Positions 42,801 through 53,405 of a stretch of DNA of 64,000 nucleotides are shown piece after piece (the first letter of the stretch is position 1; every line of letters begins with the position of its first letter). Source of the stretch: a virus (lineage: Duplodnaviria; Heunggongvirae; Uroviricota; Caudoviricetes). The DNA lies in IMG/VR virus record IMGVR_UViG_3300010347_002503, positions 1-64,000 of that record. One strand, 5' to 3'. Position numbers and translations under genes: made by a program. The notes under the pieces are model-generated. The model saw only the letters and a program-made list of their open reading frames with translations, ran no database searches and had not been told where the DNA came from.

Positions 42801-45789
42801 TGAAGAAAATGTTCCTACCGTTTATGATTTAACCGTTCAAAGGAATGAAAGGGGCCGAAGAATTTTCCGAAGTATCGATTCGAAAATTGGAACTTACGAA
42901 AATAACATGGTCTGGGACGGAAAATCAACACAAGATGTCTGGGAACAAACCGGAAGTCTTGGAAACATGACCACTCAATCCATTGTTATTGGAATCAATG
43001 ACTTCTCCGACGAAGCACACAAACCAAGTTATTGTATCGGAAATTTTATGGTCTGGGACGTTCCAATTTCCGATCAAGATTTTGAAATTCATTGTAATGA
43101 TTATAGTTCATTCGCTTACAGTGGATCGGAAGCCAAGCAGCATTTAATAACCAGAATTGATTATGACGAACCAGAATCATTTTACAATTCCTTCTACTCC
43201 TACGTTTACACCTACCCGAACAATTCACGGTTCGTTTACGGATCTGCCAATGGATATCTAAAAAGCAAATCCGAATATTACCCCACATATCAAGAATTGT
43301 ATTTGACGGCTTCCGAAACCCGTGAAGGTGTCGCCGTTTCTGGAAGTTGGACTGGAGCAAAAACAGGAAGTCTTTATAGTATTGAACGCTTTACAGGAAG
43401 TTTCAAAGGATACATGTCTGGAAGCATATCCGGAAGTGGTCAGGGGTTTTTCTTCTCACATAGTTTGTTCAGTGGAAAATTATTAGGTTCGGGAACTGGA
43501 AGTTTCAATGGAATTGCAACCGGAAGTATTAGCGGATCAGAAGCCATCGCTAAAGGCTTTTTCGGAGATGGCAAATGGTATGGAACATTAATTGATGTAA
43601 ACAATAACCTTTTAACACAGAGTTACTTCACTGGAAGTTTTTCGGGAAGAGTTTCCGGTACATTTTGGGGAGAAACTTATGGCCATATGACATCAAGTCA
43701 GTTTGGTACATTTTATGGTAGTAGGCTAGGACCATGGCAGGGACAATTAACCGGAAGCGTCACTGGGAGTGTTCGAAGTAATTACATGACTGGTTGTTTC
43801 ATTGGGTTTGCATCATCGAGTCAACACATCATCCAAAACCCCGGCAACTTTTTTGGAACTATTGATCAGATTTGGTTTGGTGCCCTATCTGGAAGTTTAA
43901 CTGGTAGCTTCACTGGAAGTGGAAATTGGGAGTTTAGTGGACATACTCCGTGGTTACAATATGATTATGGTTACGCTTATTATGATTTAGGTGCGGCTCC
44001 TTATTTAGGCCAAGTTGTTTTTAGCGGAAGCTTTTCTGGTGTCATGTCCAGTAGTAACTACAATCTCTCCGATCTTTTGCTCACTTACGCTACGGGAACG
44101 TTTTCCGGAAGTTTCTTACAAGTCTGGACTGGAAGTCCGGTAGTTCTTTACAACAAACCAGTTCTACCAACATCAATTTTGTGGTCCTCAGATGATGCTT
44201 ACTACCCATTGAATGCCACTCGTTCTTATTTTTTGAACGTTTGTAGTGGTTCTGTTATTTATGAGACTTATGTTCCAATATATCCATATGAATTTAGGGT
44301 TCTTGATGTGGAAAAAACCTATACAACTCAAAACTATGGACCCAATAGATTCAAAAATGAAAAAATTAAACCGAAAAGTCAAGGTGTAGCCACTCGTTTA
44401 GCAAACACAGAACGTTCAACCTTTGATTTGATTCGTGGAATTCAATCTGATTCCAACCTTCTGGGATTGTATTTGGACCCGCAAGATGCCAAAAATCGTG
44501 ATATTGTCAAGTATTACGGAAACAACAACATGATGGATTTGATTGCAGATCCATCAAACATGTACTCGGCATCTTACACGAATCTGAAAGCTTTGAATGA
44601 CGCCTATAATTCTTTCGGTTACCGCAAAGTTCTTTACAACGAACTCATAACTCTTTACAAGATTTATTTCAATCGTTCTATTTTTGAAAGCATCAAAAAC
44701 GTAATACCTGCAAGAGCAAGTGTTAGAACAGGAATTTTGATTGAGCCAACTATATTAGAACGCCCGAAGTATCAACACCGGCCCGTTTTCTCTGAAATTG
44801 GTAGTGGTTCTGTTCCTTATTTCGATGTGACCGCCAGTCATTATGCCAAAGATCCGGTTACTAAACTTGTTCGCTTTTCTGGGTCTGTAGGAAATACCTC
44901 AGCGGGTTACATGGAATTGTTGTTTGGAGAGTTTAATTGGAATCCGTCCTATTCCCAAACGTCGTTCAATGCTGCATCTCTTCCGGCCAATTCAACAATT
45001 TATTTGGATATGTCTTACGCTAATGAAGCGAATTTCATTTACCCTCAAAACTACAACAATGGATACATACCGGATCTTACCGATGAAATTCAATTTGGAC
45101 ATTTTGCTTCCGTTGGTGATTTTAATCCAAAAGGATTTATAGCTGAAAACTTCAAAACCAGTTCTTACTTGGTAAAGAAATGGAACAAGTACATCATATA
45201 TTCTAAAAGCGGTTCATACATTAGGAGTTCGAATAAAAAAGAAGATGTTTACACATCACATTCGGTTTGGTTGTATAGCCTTGTAAATATGTCCCCACTG
45301 GGATATAATCAACTATTTTACACGGCAAGTAAATATGAGCCATCGGGGTCGGTTTTAGATATTACAGACAACACGGATGTGGTTCAAATGAACGGTTACT
45401 ATTATTATTTACATCGTGCAAATACAGCAAAGAAAACCCCAAATCTTCCGATTACCCATATCAAAGCGTCAGAAAATCATATTGGATGGGCATTTACTAC
45501 CGCTACAACTCCTTACACGTCACTTGCCGAAGACACCTATTTCGAAGTATTCAATGGATACCCAAGAAATCACTATACGCACAAAAGAATGCAATTCAGT
45601 CCTGTTAAATTTAACAGTCTGAGTGGTAAATTTCGTGTTCAAAAAGCACAGATTTACACAAGGGGAAGTCAAACCATAAATACCACGATTGATGATAAAT
45701 CGGCATTGGAAGATGCTACGCTCCCAGTTCAAAGCATTGAAACCAGTAATGTCAACCTTGTTAAGAGTGACAACGTGATAAATCAGTAA
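39826..45789 (+). CDS. giant (1987 aa) tail-fibre / baseplate-associated protein
   Basis: ATG 39826 after a TAATATG junction; multiple FTGSFxGS Gly/Ser repeat blocks. Confidence 0.55.
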   Translation: MAIPYPYTTDNVNHINTGSYFDETETKMFVNGYGTDLWYGFGETDVIELSVFDLDQNPLGWATINSEKSYKTVQMTYQDALNRPITYNYRELLTDFILYKNAKILVNPIEQLSASFGITSGSYFVAYNFVREMAGTPSFPLAVKDISPSRKEIKLIPIGSNTPRYEAFCRKKFQVKDVAPLLLQLTNQCPYDQIYNQVKTKYANEIAFLKQLLFLTSDGAMMAFLKTIYEDTVIYTNPTGTQPIEKIKRVQGIRNYYQNLLLSNYETISDFIAIDDAYDAFVIGRIEQQFKPYGNQTSPEFIAAKQFLVEFFTTEFYHKITVSTKAAFEEKYFSYFKNALNIGNNTMFQIIDHTYLDERLVETDPLTLLIKLKSELPDEIKIQTPCWITNISIAPYIINAVVRSSGGRQTIKISPPNFLAHSDNISLYNSNESFTAADLRNDPTLQQTINVNKTLSELQVDYTDFHNFVVFSSAAQRLKNFKTKISTWYMLSSSLEALETEASRSLASGTLYPQYSLEKSSLESQMNDIVNSFDGYESYLFQTGSYAYNPQTKEFVNASYVADQDTDAILYDKSNRDSLINNTPDHIVLDSSNDEYLTFLNMVGHFFDNLYLYITNLPSEKVIQNNSTRAFSKQMVDYMLETFGWKIGTTYEDLTSEDVYTTGSSQMTAEDRAKTIQTRVLNALPQIYKTKGTEECIQLFLSCYGIPSNLLDIREYGNNDYSTSSLVTYTKRERVCMLENSASSSTISIGYAPKPNIRTIEFKLLLDKPESANIREPQFIVSSYQSYRMLWDFNWFYHSRFPYLVPNFINLGYYIYFTLPAWRIGYVREYGNMGRIIAEIPEISASLYSTGLIGTFTGVWSGSAQRANGSVSSNAFFISSYFSGSINGGPIVQISGSVSGSVSGIVTGSLKTLTVLNFSGELTGANGQFLDGTFNQTGNTYAVTSQCNSKIAYNYPPVFRLTSSLLPLFDGEIFNVRLRRNAPDPTYQYFQDEENVPTVYDLTVQRNERGRRIFRSIDSKIGTYENNMVWDGKSTQDVWEQTGSLGNMTTQSIVIGINDFSDEAHKPSYCIGNFMVWDVPISDQDFEIHCNDYSSFAYSGSEAKQHLITRIDYDEPESFYNSFYSYVYTYPNNSRFVYGSANGYLKSKSEYYPTYQELYLTASETREGVAVSGSWTGAKTGSLYSIERFTGSFKGYMSGSISGSGQGFFFSHSLFSGKLLGSGTGSFNGIATGSISGSEAIAKGFFGDGKWYGTLIDVNNNLLTQSYFTGSFSGRVSGTFWGETYGHMTSSQFGTFYGSRLGPWQGQLTGSVTGSVRSNYMTGCFIGFASSSQHIIQNPGNFFGTIDQIWFGALSGSLTGSFTGSGNWEFSGHTPWLQYDYGYAYYDLGAAPYLGQVVFSGSFSGVMSSSNYNLSDLLLTYATGTFSGSFLQVWTGSPVVLYNKPVLPTSILWSSDDAYYPLNATRSYFLNVCSGSVIYETYVPIYPYEFRVLDVEKTYTTQNYGPNRFKNEKIKPKSQGVATRLANTERSTFDLIRGIQSDSNLLGLYLDPQDAKNRDIVKYYGNNNMMDLIADPSNMYSASYTNLKALNDAYNSFGYRKVLYNELITLYKIYFNRSIFESIKNVIPARASVRTGILIEPTILERPKYQHRPVFSEIGSGSVPYFDVTASHYAKDPVTKLVRFSGSVGNTSAGYMELLFGEFNWNPSYSQTSFNAASLPANSTIYLDMSYANEANFIYPQNYNNGYIPDLTDEIQFGHFASVGDFNPKGFIAENFKTSSYLVKKWNKYIIYSKSGSYIRSSNKKEDVYTSHSVWLYSLVNMSPLGYNQLFYTASKYEPSGSVLDITDNTDVVQMNGYYYYLHRANTAKKTPNLPITHIKASENHIGWAFTTATTPYTSLAEDTYFEVFNGYPRNHYTHKRMQFSPVKFNSLSGKFRVQKAQIYTRGSQTINTTIDDKSALEDATLPVQSIETSNVNLVKSDNVINQ

Positions 45790-45847
45790 AAAAGGGTTAC
45801 AGAGCAATACTTATAGATGAGAGACCAACTTTTATAAAAAATGATAT

Positions 45848-46489
45848 ATGGCATACATTGATAATACCACCATCACCGTTGATGCGGTTCTTACCAAAAA
45901 AGGTCGTGAATTGCTTGCAAAAAATGGTAATCTAAACATCACGTCATTTGCATTAGCAGATGATGAAATTGATTATACGCTTTACCAACCAAATCACCCA
46001 AATGGCAGTGCTTTTTATGACATCGCTCTTAGAAATACTCCTGTTTTCGAGCCTTTCACAGATGAAACGCAAGTCATGAAGTACAAGCTGGTAACCCTTA
46101 ATCAAGGTGTTACATCCATCCCGGTTATTTCGATTGCTCAGGACAAGATTGCGGTTACTCGGGATTTCACTGGCGACATTATCATTTCTCCTTCTACCAA
46201 CCCTGCTTACAACTTGACCGCAGGTTATACAGCCATTCTCGGAAACAAGAACGTTGGAACTCTCGTGGTAGAAGAAAGTAACTCAATCAATGCTGTTTCG
46301 AATACGATCCCAACTTTTGCTGGTGACATCAATACTGCAAGTTCTCAGGTTGTTGTAGGAAAGAAGTTCCGCTTTATTCCAAACGCCCAACTTGGAAGAA
46401 CGACAACTACAAACTTGACTATTGTTGGAAACGAGTCTGGTGGAAACATCAGTATTGAAGTAACGATAACAGTTCCGACTACAAGCTAA
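45848..46489 (+). CDS. structural protein
   Basis: 213-aa beta-rich ORF. Confidence 0.45.
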   Translation: MAYIDNTTITVDAVLTKKGRELLAKNGNLNITSFALADDEIDYTLYQPNHPNGSAFYDIALRNTPVFEPFTDETQVMKYKLVTLNQGVTSIPVISIAQDKIAVTRDFTGDIIISPSTNPAYNLTAGYTAILGNKNVGTLVVEESNSINAVSNTIPTFAGDINTASSQVVVGKKFRFIPNAQLGRTTTTNLTIVGNESGGNISIEVTITVPTTS

Positions 46490-46496
46490 CAGACCT

Positions 46497-47648
46497 ATGA
46501 TATTTAATCAATTTCAACCAGAAGATATTGTTGCAGGACGAACGACTCGTGTTGCTAGTGGTTTTTGGCCAGAAGGCCAAACTAACTGGAGCCAGAGTTT
46601 GTTTGTGGACGATTTTTGGGATTTGACGGGCTCTTCGGCCACACCATATCCATCTTATGGATCTTCGTTGTATGATGTTCGTAGAACTATGTACTACGTT
46701 AACGTCTTCCCAAGCCTTACCGAAAAACTAAACAATGACCCATATTTCTCCGCAACATATGGACACATTGGAGGGAGTGGTTCTTTCTTAAACGAAACGG
46801 CAAGTATCAAAGCCAATCCAACAAAAGCGATTTACACTCAGTACAAAAACCTATTGCTTGGAACATCAGATTTGGATGGAAAGTTTAGTTTCAAAACGGG
46901 AAGTGTAGGAGGAACGGTCGATGCTCTTGATATTTTTGTATTGACCTTCTCAACCTATAAGATGAAAGACAGAATAGATGAAGGTATCTTTGAAATATCG
47001 ATTTCTGGAACTTTAGGTTGTCGAACTTACATTGATGATTCTCCAAATGAAACACAGGTAAAGACGGTTTATAATCTTATCAGTGGATCTTTGGAAACTG
47101 GAATTGTTGGAACTGCCTATGAAGGCGTGGGATTGTTCTATCCCCAAAATGGAATCGTTGTTTTCAATGCTGAAAAGTTGAATGAGGCCGTTGGAATGAA
47201 AGCTATGGGTAATTTCGCCGGATATAATTCGGATGGTGGTGGACCATATGCTTATAATAGTAGTTCATTCGGCACAGAATATGGACAAAATCACAAAGTG
47301 ATTGTTGAAGCTATCAAATTAGCCGGAAACAATGGAAATAATGGTAGAGTCAACTTCATGAAGGTTCGTAAGTCTGAATATGTTCCGGCAAGACACTACT
47401 TTGTTCGTGTAAAGAACCGTGACTTCAACTATAGCAATAATCCAACGTATGTTTACGATGGAACCGACGGAGAACACGCTCAAGGAACAATCAGAAACGC
47501 AGACTTTATTGATAATCCGAGGACGTACCCTACGACAGTTGGTCTTTACAATGATAACAACGAACTGGTAGCTGTCGCCAAATTGAGTCGTCCAGCGGTC
47601 AAAAGTTTCGATAATGAGCTTTTGATTAAGTGCAGGCTCGACTTTTGA
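46497..47648 (+). CDS. structural protein with tube/tube-initiator-like C-terminal domain
   Basis: C-terminus TTVGLYNDNNELVAVAKL...DF is shared with the 906-aa protein. Confidence 0.45.
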   Translation: MIFNQFQPEDIVAGRTTRVASGFWPEGQTNWSQSLFVDDFWDLTGSSATPYPSYGSSLYDVRRTMYYVNVFPSLTEKLNNDPYFSATYGHIGGSGSFLNETASIKANPTKAIYTQYKNLLLGTSDLDGKFSFKTGSVGGTVDALDIFVLTFSTYKMKDRIDEGIFEISISGTLGCRTYIDDSPNETQVKTVYNLISGSLETGIVGTAYEGVGLFYPQNGIVVFNAEKLNEAVGMKAMGNFAGYNSDGGGPYAYNSSSFGTEYGQNHKVIVEAIKLAGNNGNNGRVNFMKVRKSEYVPARHYFVRVKNRDFNYSNNPTYVYDGTDGEHAQGTIRNADFIDNPRTYPTTVGLYNDNNELVAVAKLSRPAVKSFDNELLIKCRLDF

Positions 47649-47693
47649 TACAGAGTTGCAAATAAAATGACGTTTTGAACATGTCACTCATTC

Positions 47694-50555
47694 ATGATCA
47701 AACAACTCAAAAAGTACGATGTACAGAATACTCCGTTCGTTGCGACCAAAGCTTGGGAACTGCTTAATGTTCAGCATCAAGATTTGGTTCTCGTCGAGGA
47801 AAACTCCGAGACGCCACTAGGACAGGATACATTTGTTGCTCTTGAGTTCATTGATTATAGCTTTGGTAATCCTCAAGGTGTTCTAAACACTGATTGTAAC
47901 ATTGCTCTTGAACAACAAATAGCCGATCCCGTATTATACGAAGAAGGCATCAGTGGCAGTGGATTATTTTATCCATCAGACCGTCAAAACCCCAACGGAA
48001 CTTATACCCGCCTTGTTTATCAGCAGATTCTTCGTGCTTTTTATAATAACTATCATAATCCACTCCGGATTTTTGGTATCGAAAATGTCGATTTCCAAAC
48101 CTCTGGAATGAAGCGATTTTTGAGTAATTATTTCAGGGTTTTCCGGCTGGAACAACAAAAATTTGGTGACAAAATTGTCGAAGGATCGGTTGAATTTATT
48201 GACAATACCTATGACGATAACTATACCATCACGGATGATTGTCAAGGCAATTTGATTGCGTGGCCAAATTTATTTTCAAGAATTCAAGAAGTTCGTCACA
48301 TTGAAAATGATATTCGTTCTGGTTCTGCGGATTATGATTGTCCATTACCTGTTACGGGGTCTCCAGAAGCACCAATATTGTTGACTGGTTCTTTGACTTC
48401 TTCAATTTCTGGTGGTGAATTTTTATTGCCGTACTTAGCATCTTTAAGTTGGAGTTATGATTCCACTAATGAGGATGGTTTTAATATCTATAGAAGCTTG
48501 ACGACAGATGGTGTCAATTGGAGTGCATTTGGCTTGCGACTCAGTACTCCTGCTGACATTACATGGTCTGTTGATAATATTGATTCTCGTGTGGCGGGTA
48601 TTTCATACTACGTTACCGCTTACAACATGTTTGGTGAATCGGCGGCTTCTAATACAATTGTTTTTGGTCCTCCTGATTCACCGACTTACATTTCGGCATC
48701 TGCTATTGCTTGGTCAGCATCTTATGTTGTATGGTCCGGATCGGCGGGAGCGTACGGCTATTATCTCTTTAGATCTGATGATAGCGGCTCATCGTGGATG
48801 AATGTTGCAACAACAAGTTTTGCAGTCACTAGTTCTTATGACCATACTTTGGAACAAACTAGTTCCTATTCTTATAGAGTAGCTGCTTATAATATCCTAT
48901 CATGGAGTTATTCACCAACGGCTAGTATTTCTACACCAGAATCAGCGAGTGCTGCTCCCGAATCTCTATTAATATTGGAAGTCTCTAGTGGTTCGGCTAT
49001 ATTAAGTTGGAGCTATGCTGAAACACCAAATAGTTATGCTATTTCAAAATCATTAAATGGTTCGACCTTTTTTGGTATAACCAATGTCCCCTACACGAGC
49101 CCAACTCAATCTTATAAAGACACAGATGTTTATGGAGATCCACGATCTGCTTCATACTTCTACAAAGTAAATGCAATCTTTCCCGCTTCTTCAAGTACGA
49201 GTAATGTGGCTAGTATTTCTTTTGTTAATCCACTTCCTCCGCTTCCATGTGCCGGATTCTCTCCTCTGACTAATATCACTGGAACTATAACAACTAATTA
49301 CACATCTCCATATCGGGGAGAGTCGTATTATGCCAATACCCATTCGTTTATTTTTGAAGACGGAGTAACATATAACATTTGGTTGAGATCACCAATTGAC
49401 AACTATTTGGTTCTCTATAATAGTTCAATGACACATATTTCTCATAGCGATTCAGATGGATGGAATCCGTCCAATGATAGCTACAATGGTGCATTAGTAT
49501 TTACAGCGGTGGGTTCGAATAATCCATACATAATTGAGGCAACAACATATGGCGAAGGACAAACTGGAGACTACACCTTGATTATTGAAACTGGTTCCAT
49601 TACACAATCGGTTGTTTGTAAAAATGCTCCCCAACAAATGTGGTATTGTTCGGCATCTAATAGAATTTTTGTCGGGGACGCACAAAGTCCGACGATGAGT
49701 ATCATCAATGCTGACACAAGGCAATTGGAAGGACAACTTATCAATCATCGTTATCTTGATTGGTTAGGAACGCCATATTACGATGTAACATGGGGGTGGC
49801 ATTGGAGTCCAAATACGATGACAGGATATTGGGTTGTTGGAATGAATCTCAACGATTGTTATATTTTGGAGACAGACTTATCGGGTTCTTCAACAGGAAG
49901 TTTAATCAGTTGCAGTGTAAAATCAAACGGCAATACTGTTTGGACGGCGTACGACAGTAAAAACGACCGTATTTTGTTAGTAGGAACGTCCACAACCGCT
50001 CGTCCAAACATTGAAATCTTTGATATTGGAACCACATCAACGATCTGGTCGGCAAATCTTTTATCACTGGGGCAATATTTGTGGACTTGTTGCTATGTAG
50101 AATCGACAAATGAGTTTTGGGTCCGTGGAGGATATACGGGTCAGATTTACAAGATTAACGCCGATACCTTTACGGTTACCACTTCTTCCATTCCCATTGG
50201 AATTTCAGGAAATTCTGGAATAGATTATGTAAAACAAATTGATAGGGTTTTTACGAAGCCAGCTTCGGGATATACTCTTGCCGCCATCAAGCCAGCGGAA
50301 GACAGAATTGAAGATTTTTCTTCGCCGTTAGGTCTTGGAAACATCGAGGGTATAGTTTATGATCAATGTCGAGAAGAATTGGTATTTGTTCAATGGGGTC
50401 TTGGAGCCTGTGCGTGTGATGCCGTAACATATGAGCCAAAACGCTTCTATGTATTTGATAATAACAACGAAGTCGAAGACATTGTTTATGCCGAAAAGAC
50501 CGGGGATACCTATGTTGTCGAAGACAACTATCGAGTTCTTCATGTTCTCGGATAA
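47694..50555 (+). CDS. large structural protein with Ser/Thr-rich FN3-like repeats
   Basis: 953 aa; repeated ~90-aa WS.SY.. modules. Confidence 0.5.
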   Translation: MIKQLKKYDVQNTPFVATKAWELLNVQHQDLVLVEENSETPLGQDTFVALEFIDYSFGNPQGVLNTDCNIALEQQIADPVLYEEGISGSGLFYPSDRQNPNGTYTRLVYQQILRAFYNNYHNPLRIFGIENVDFQTSGMKRFLSNYFRVFRLEQQKFGDKIVEGSVEFIDNTYDDNYTITDDCQGNLIAWPNLFSRIQEVRHIENDIRSGSADYDCPLPVTGSPEAPILLTGSLTSSISGGEFLLPYLASLSWSYDSTNEDGFNIYRSLTTDGVNWSAFGLRLSTPADITWSVDNIDSRVAGISYYVTAYNMFGESAASNTIVFGPPDSPTYISASAIAWSASYVVWSGSAGAYGYYLFRSDDSGSSWMNVATTSFAVTSSYDHTLEQTSSYSYRVAAYNILSWSYSPTASISTPESASAAPESLLILEVSSGSAILSWSYAETPNSYAISKSLNGSTFFGITNVPYTSPTQSYKDTDVYGDPRSASYFYKVNAIFPASSSTSNVASISFVNPLPPLPCAGFSPLTNITGTITTNYTSPYRGESYYANTHSFIFEDGVTYNIWLRSPIDNYLVLYNSSMTHISHSDSDGWNPSNDSYNGALVFTAVGSNNPYIIEATTYGEGQTGDYTLIIETGSITQSVVCKNAPQQMWYCSASNRIFVGDAQSPTMSIINADTRQLEGQLINHRYLDWLGTPYYDVTWGWHWSPNTMTGYWVVGMNLNDCYILETDLSGSSTGSLISCSVKSNGNTVWTAYDSKNDRILLVGTSTTARPNIEIFDIGTTSTIWSANLLSLGQYLWTCCYVESTNEFWVRGGYTGQIYKINADTFTVTTSSIPIGISGNSGIDYVKQIDRVFTKPASGYTLAAIKPAEDRIEDFSSPLGLGNIEGIVYDQCREELVFVQWGLGACACDAVTYEPKRFYVFDNNNEVEDIVYAEKTGDTYVVEDNYRVLHVLG

Positions 50556-50653
50556 CTTTCTTCGATGCATTTAGTCGGATTTGACATGGTTAATGACTGT
50601 AGATAGACCCAAATACTTTTGGGAAATAAACTTTTAATCTATTTATAAGTAAC

Positions 50654-53374
50654 ATGTACATTTTAGCGAAAAACGTCAACTACGGATATTCGGTAGCCAC
50701 CCACGGAAAATATGTCGCCGTTGGAAACCCCCCGCTTCTCCGATATGACCATCTAACCTCCAGTCTTTATCAAACTGGCTCTGTGGATGTTTTTCGTTAT
50801 GACATCAATACAGACCAACATTTTTACATTGACTCATTGACAAAACAGGTGGAAGAAGATGAGGCGATTTTGTTAGCCGAAGAGGTTGCTTCTGTTATGG
50901 GAGATGATCTCCAAACAGAAGAGTTTGGTCTAGACTGGGTAAATCGCCTCAAAAACATCCGAGTTGATTATCTCGAATATTTTACCCAATACGAATCCAG
51001 TTATGGAGAAGCATTAGATACTTACGATAATAAAATAGTAGTCGGGTGTCCATTTTATTGGGATCGGTTCGTTATTGATGGCCGAACATTCGATTTTACA
51101 TCCTCCTGCGTTGACATCTGGGATTACACATATTCCGAAAGAAACATTTATACTCACAACGCTGCACCAACCCGAGTAGGATATGGTTGGACGGGTTCTT
51201 CTGCACCAACAACTAGTTCTGGATATACCAGTTCACTTGATTTTGGAAATGTGGATTTGTCAACAACTCGTTTGTATTTCGAACAGATTTTAGTTCCATC
51301 GGGTTATGATTATTTGATTGTTTCTGTATCTTCTTCGTTTCAGACCGGGTCTCAGGTTGTAGCAAAAATTCCCGTGTCTCCCGAAGGTGAGTATGCAACA
51401 TATGCTTTCACTGCCTCATTAACCGCCTCGGTAAATGCTATTTTCTACGAAGGGCTTATTACGAATGAAATAAGACATTTTCACATTCCAAATCCAGAAT
51501 CGGTTTCGGGGTCATTTGGAAAGGCAGTGTCAATCAATCAGGATTGGGTGGCCGTTGGTTCTCCAAACTATGACAACTACAAGGGTGCTGTGTATCTCTA
51601 TAAAAACGAATGTACTGGAAGCACTTTAAGTTGGTCATTGTATCAAGTGTTGACACCTAGTTCGTTGGTTGCAAACCAAAAGTTTGGTTGGGATTTGTCC
51701 TTAAATAAAGAACCGGGAACTTGTCGAAATCGTTTGGTTGTTGGTTGTGGAGCACCAAATAACAATAATGTCTATCTATTTGAATTTTCCGGTTCGACTT
51801 GGTATGAATCTTATCAATTTCATCAGGTTACTAGTTCTTTGGCTCCATTGACGTTCAACACATCTAGTTACGGAATTCTCCTTTCTTCTAGTTATAAAAC
51901 AAGTTCATTTGGTTGGGCCGTATCGACTTATGGGGACACTGTAGTTATTGGTGCTCCAACGGAAAGAAACATATTTGAGTTTACTGGTTCGGTTGGTTAT
52001 GAACAAGGAACGGCATACATTTTTGAGCGTTGCAATGGTCCGTGTCCAGTAACGGCATCCGAATACCGCCTCGTCCAAAAAGTGTACGGAGATCTATATT
52101 CTCTCAAAAATAATAGATTGGGTTGGTCGGTAAGCGTTTATGACAAGAATATGATGATTGGTGTTCCAAAACGGGACGTTACTACAATGTCATCATGTTA
52201 CATTCGTGGTTCCCTCAACCAGCAACTTTATTGTGGTGTCGATTTGGAAAACGCAATCAATGGGCAATGGATATATTTAACAAAGAATACATCGTCTGGA
52301 AATTGGGATTTCCAAAAAACGTTCCAGAAGAAAAAGAAGTTCATGCGACCCTATCGAACATTTGGGTTCGATGTTAGTGTAGGAAATTTTTCTTTGGTTA
52401 CCGGGGCTCCAATGAACCTCGCCAATAAGGCTCGTGAAATCGATATTGCTTCCACCGGAAGTTTGGGAATTCCGCTAGACGATGTCATGGGTAAAGCATA
52501 CATTTACAATATTCATAATTACAGACCACAGTTCTATGTTGGCAATGTCTTCTATCGAAACGGAACGTTAGTCGTGAATACGTCTGGTTCTGGTTTTGAT
52601 GGAATCTTTTTCGACCCTACCAACCCCTACCAGTATGAGTATCTCCTTAGATACAAATCCCGCCATACCATCAACGAAAAACAAATCGTCTGTACAATTG
52701 AACCGGGGGAATTCAACGTTAGTACCAATCCTTCTGCTATCGTAAAAGCAACCTCTTCGTTTGATTTAAACAATAACGGTGTGTTTGATTTTCAAGATGC
52801 CGACATATTACTGAGATATATGCAGTACAAAAACAGCACGACATTAGGTGGATATTCTTTCGATTGGAGTTCATCTATCGTAAAAAACGATGACGAAGTG
52901 AGTTTTTATAACTGGAACGCCGAGCGATGGACAAATACTGATTCATTGTTTTTATCCAGTTTAAAGAGATTCGAAACCGTTGATACTTGGTTTCAAGATT
53001 TGTTGGATTTCAATGAGGATAGCAAAATCGATATCAATGATATGTCGATTCTCTGGAAGTATTTTTCCAATCGATTAACCGAAAAGAACTATCTATCTTA
53101 TATTAACTCCAACTGCCAGCGTCAACAGGTAAATCAAGCAATCTCTTATTTAGATGATCTTTCAAAACGTCATGCGGTTCCGGAGATTAATCCCAATTTC
53201 TATGACTATGAAGCTAAATGTTGTCTTGATAAGACAGGTTCTTATTTGGCTCCTTTTGTAACAACCATTGGCCTTTATGATGGATTAGACTTGGTTGCTG
53301 TGGCGAAACTTGGGTCTCCTATCAAATTACCAAAGAGTTTGCCAATAAATTTCGTTGTGAAAATGGACTTCTAA
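50654..53374 (+). CDS. large structural protein (sheath or tube-associated?)
   Basis: 906 aa; C-terminus TTIGLYDGLDLVAVAKL...MDF is paralogous to 46497..47648; preceded by CTATTTATAAG. Confidence 0.45.
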   Translation: MYILAKNVNYGYSVATHGKYVAVGNPPLLRYDHLTSSLYQTGSVDVFRYDINTDQHFYIDSLTKQVEEDEAILLAEEVASVMGDDLQTEEFGLDWVNRLKNIRVDYLEYFTQYESSYGEALDTYDNKIVVGCPFYWDRFVIDGRTFDFTSSCVDIWDYTYSERNIYTHNAAPTRVGYGWTGSSAPTTSSGYTSSLDFGNVDLSTTRLYFEQILVPSGYDYLIVSVSSSFQTGSQVVAKIPVSPEGEYATYAFTASLTASVNAIFYEGLITNEIRHFHIPNPESVSGSFGKAVSINQDWVAVGSPNYDNYKGAVYLYKNECTGSTLSWSLYQVLTPSSLVANQKFGWDLSLNKEPGTCRNRLVVGCGAPNNNNVYLFEFSGSTWYESYQFHQVTSSLAPLTFNTSSYGILLSSSYKTSSFGWAVSTYGDTVVIGAPTERNIFEFTGSVGYEQGTAYIFERCNGPCPVTASEYRLVQKVYGDLYSLKNNRLGWSVSVYDKNMMIGVPKRDVTTMSSCYIRGSLNQQLYCGVDLENAINGQWIYLTKNTSSGNWDFQKTFQKKKKFMRPYRTFGFDVSVGNFSLVTGAPMNLANKAREIDIASTGSLGIPLDDVMGKAYIYNIHNYRPQFYVGNVFYRNGTLVVNTSGSGFDGIFFDPTNPYQYEYLLRYKSRHTINEKQIVCTIEPGEFNVSTNPSAIVKATSSFDLNNNGVFDFQDADILLRYMQYKNSTTLGGYSFDWSSSIVKNDDEVSFYNWNAERWTNTDSLFLSSLKRFETVDTWFQDLLDFNEDSKIDINDMSILWKYFSNRLTEKNYLSYINSNCQRQQVNQAISYLDDLSKRHAVPEINPNFYDYEAKCCLDKTGSYLAPFVTTIGLYDGLDLVAVAKLGSPIKLPKSLPINFVVKMDF

Positions 53375-53405
53375 CCACTATTTATAAGCAGAAACAATTT
53401 GACCT

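Noticed and set aside
29248-50597. Shared ATGGTTAATG decamer upstream of ORFs 29297 and 50654.
   Set aside because: There are only two occurrences, and each overlaps a putative -10 region. This is insufficient to call a motif.
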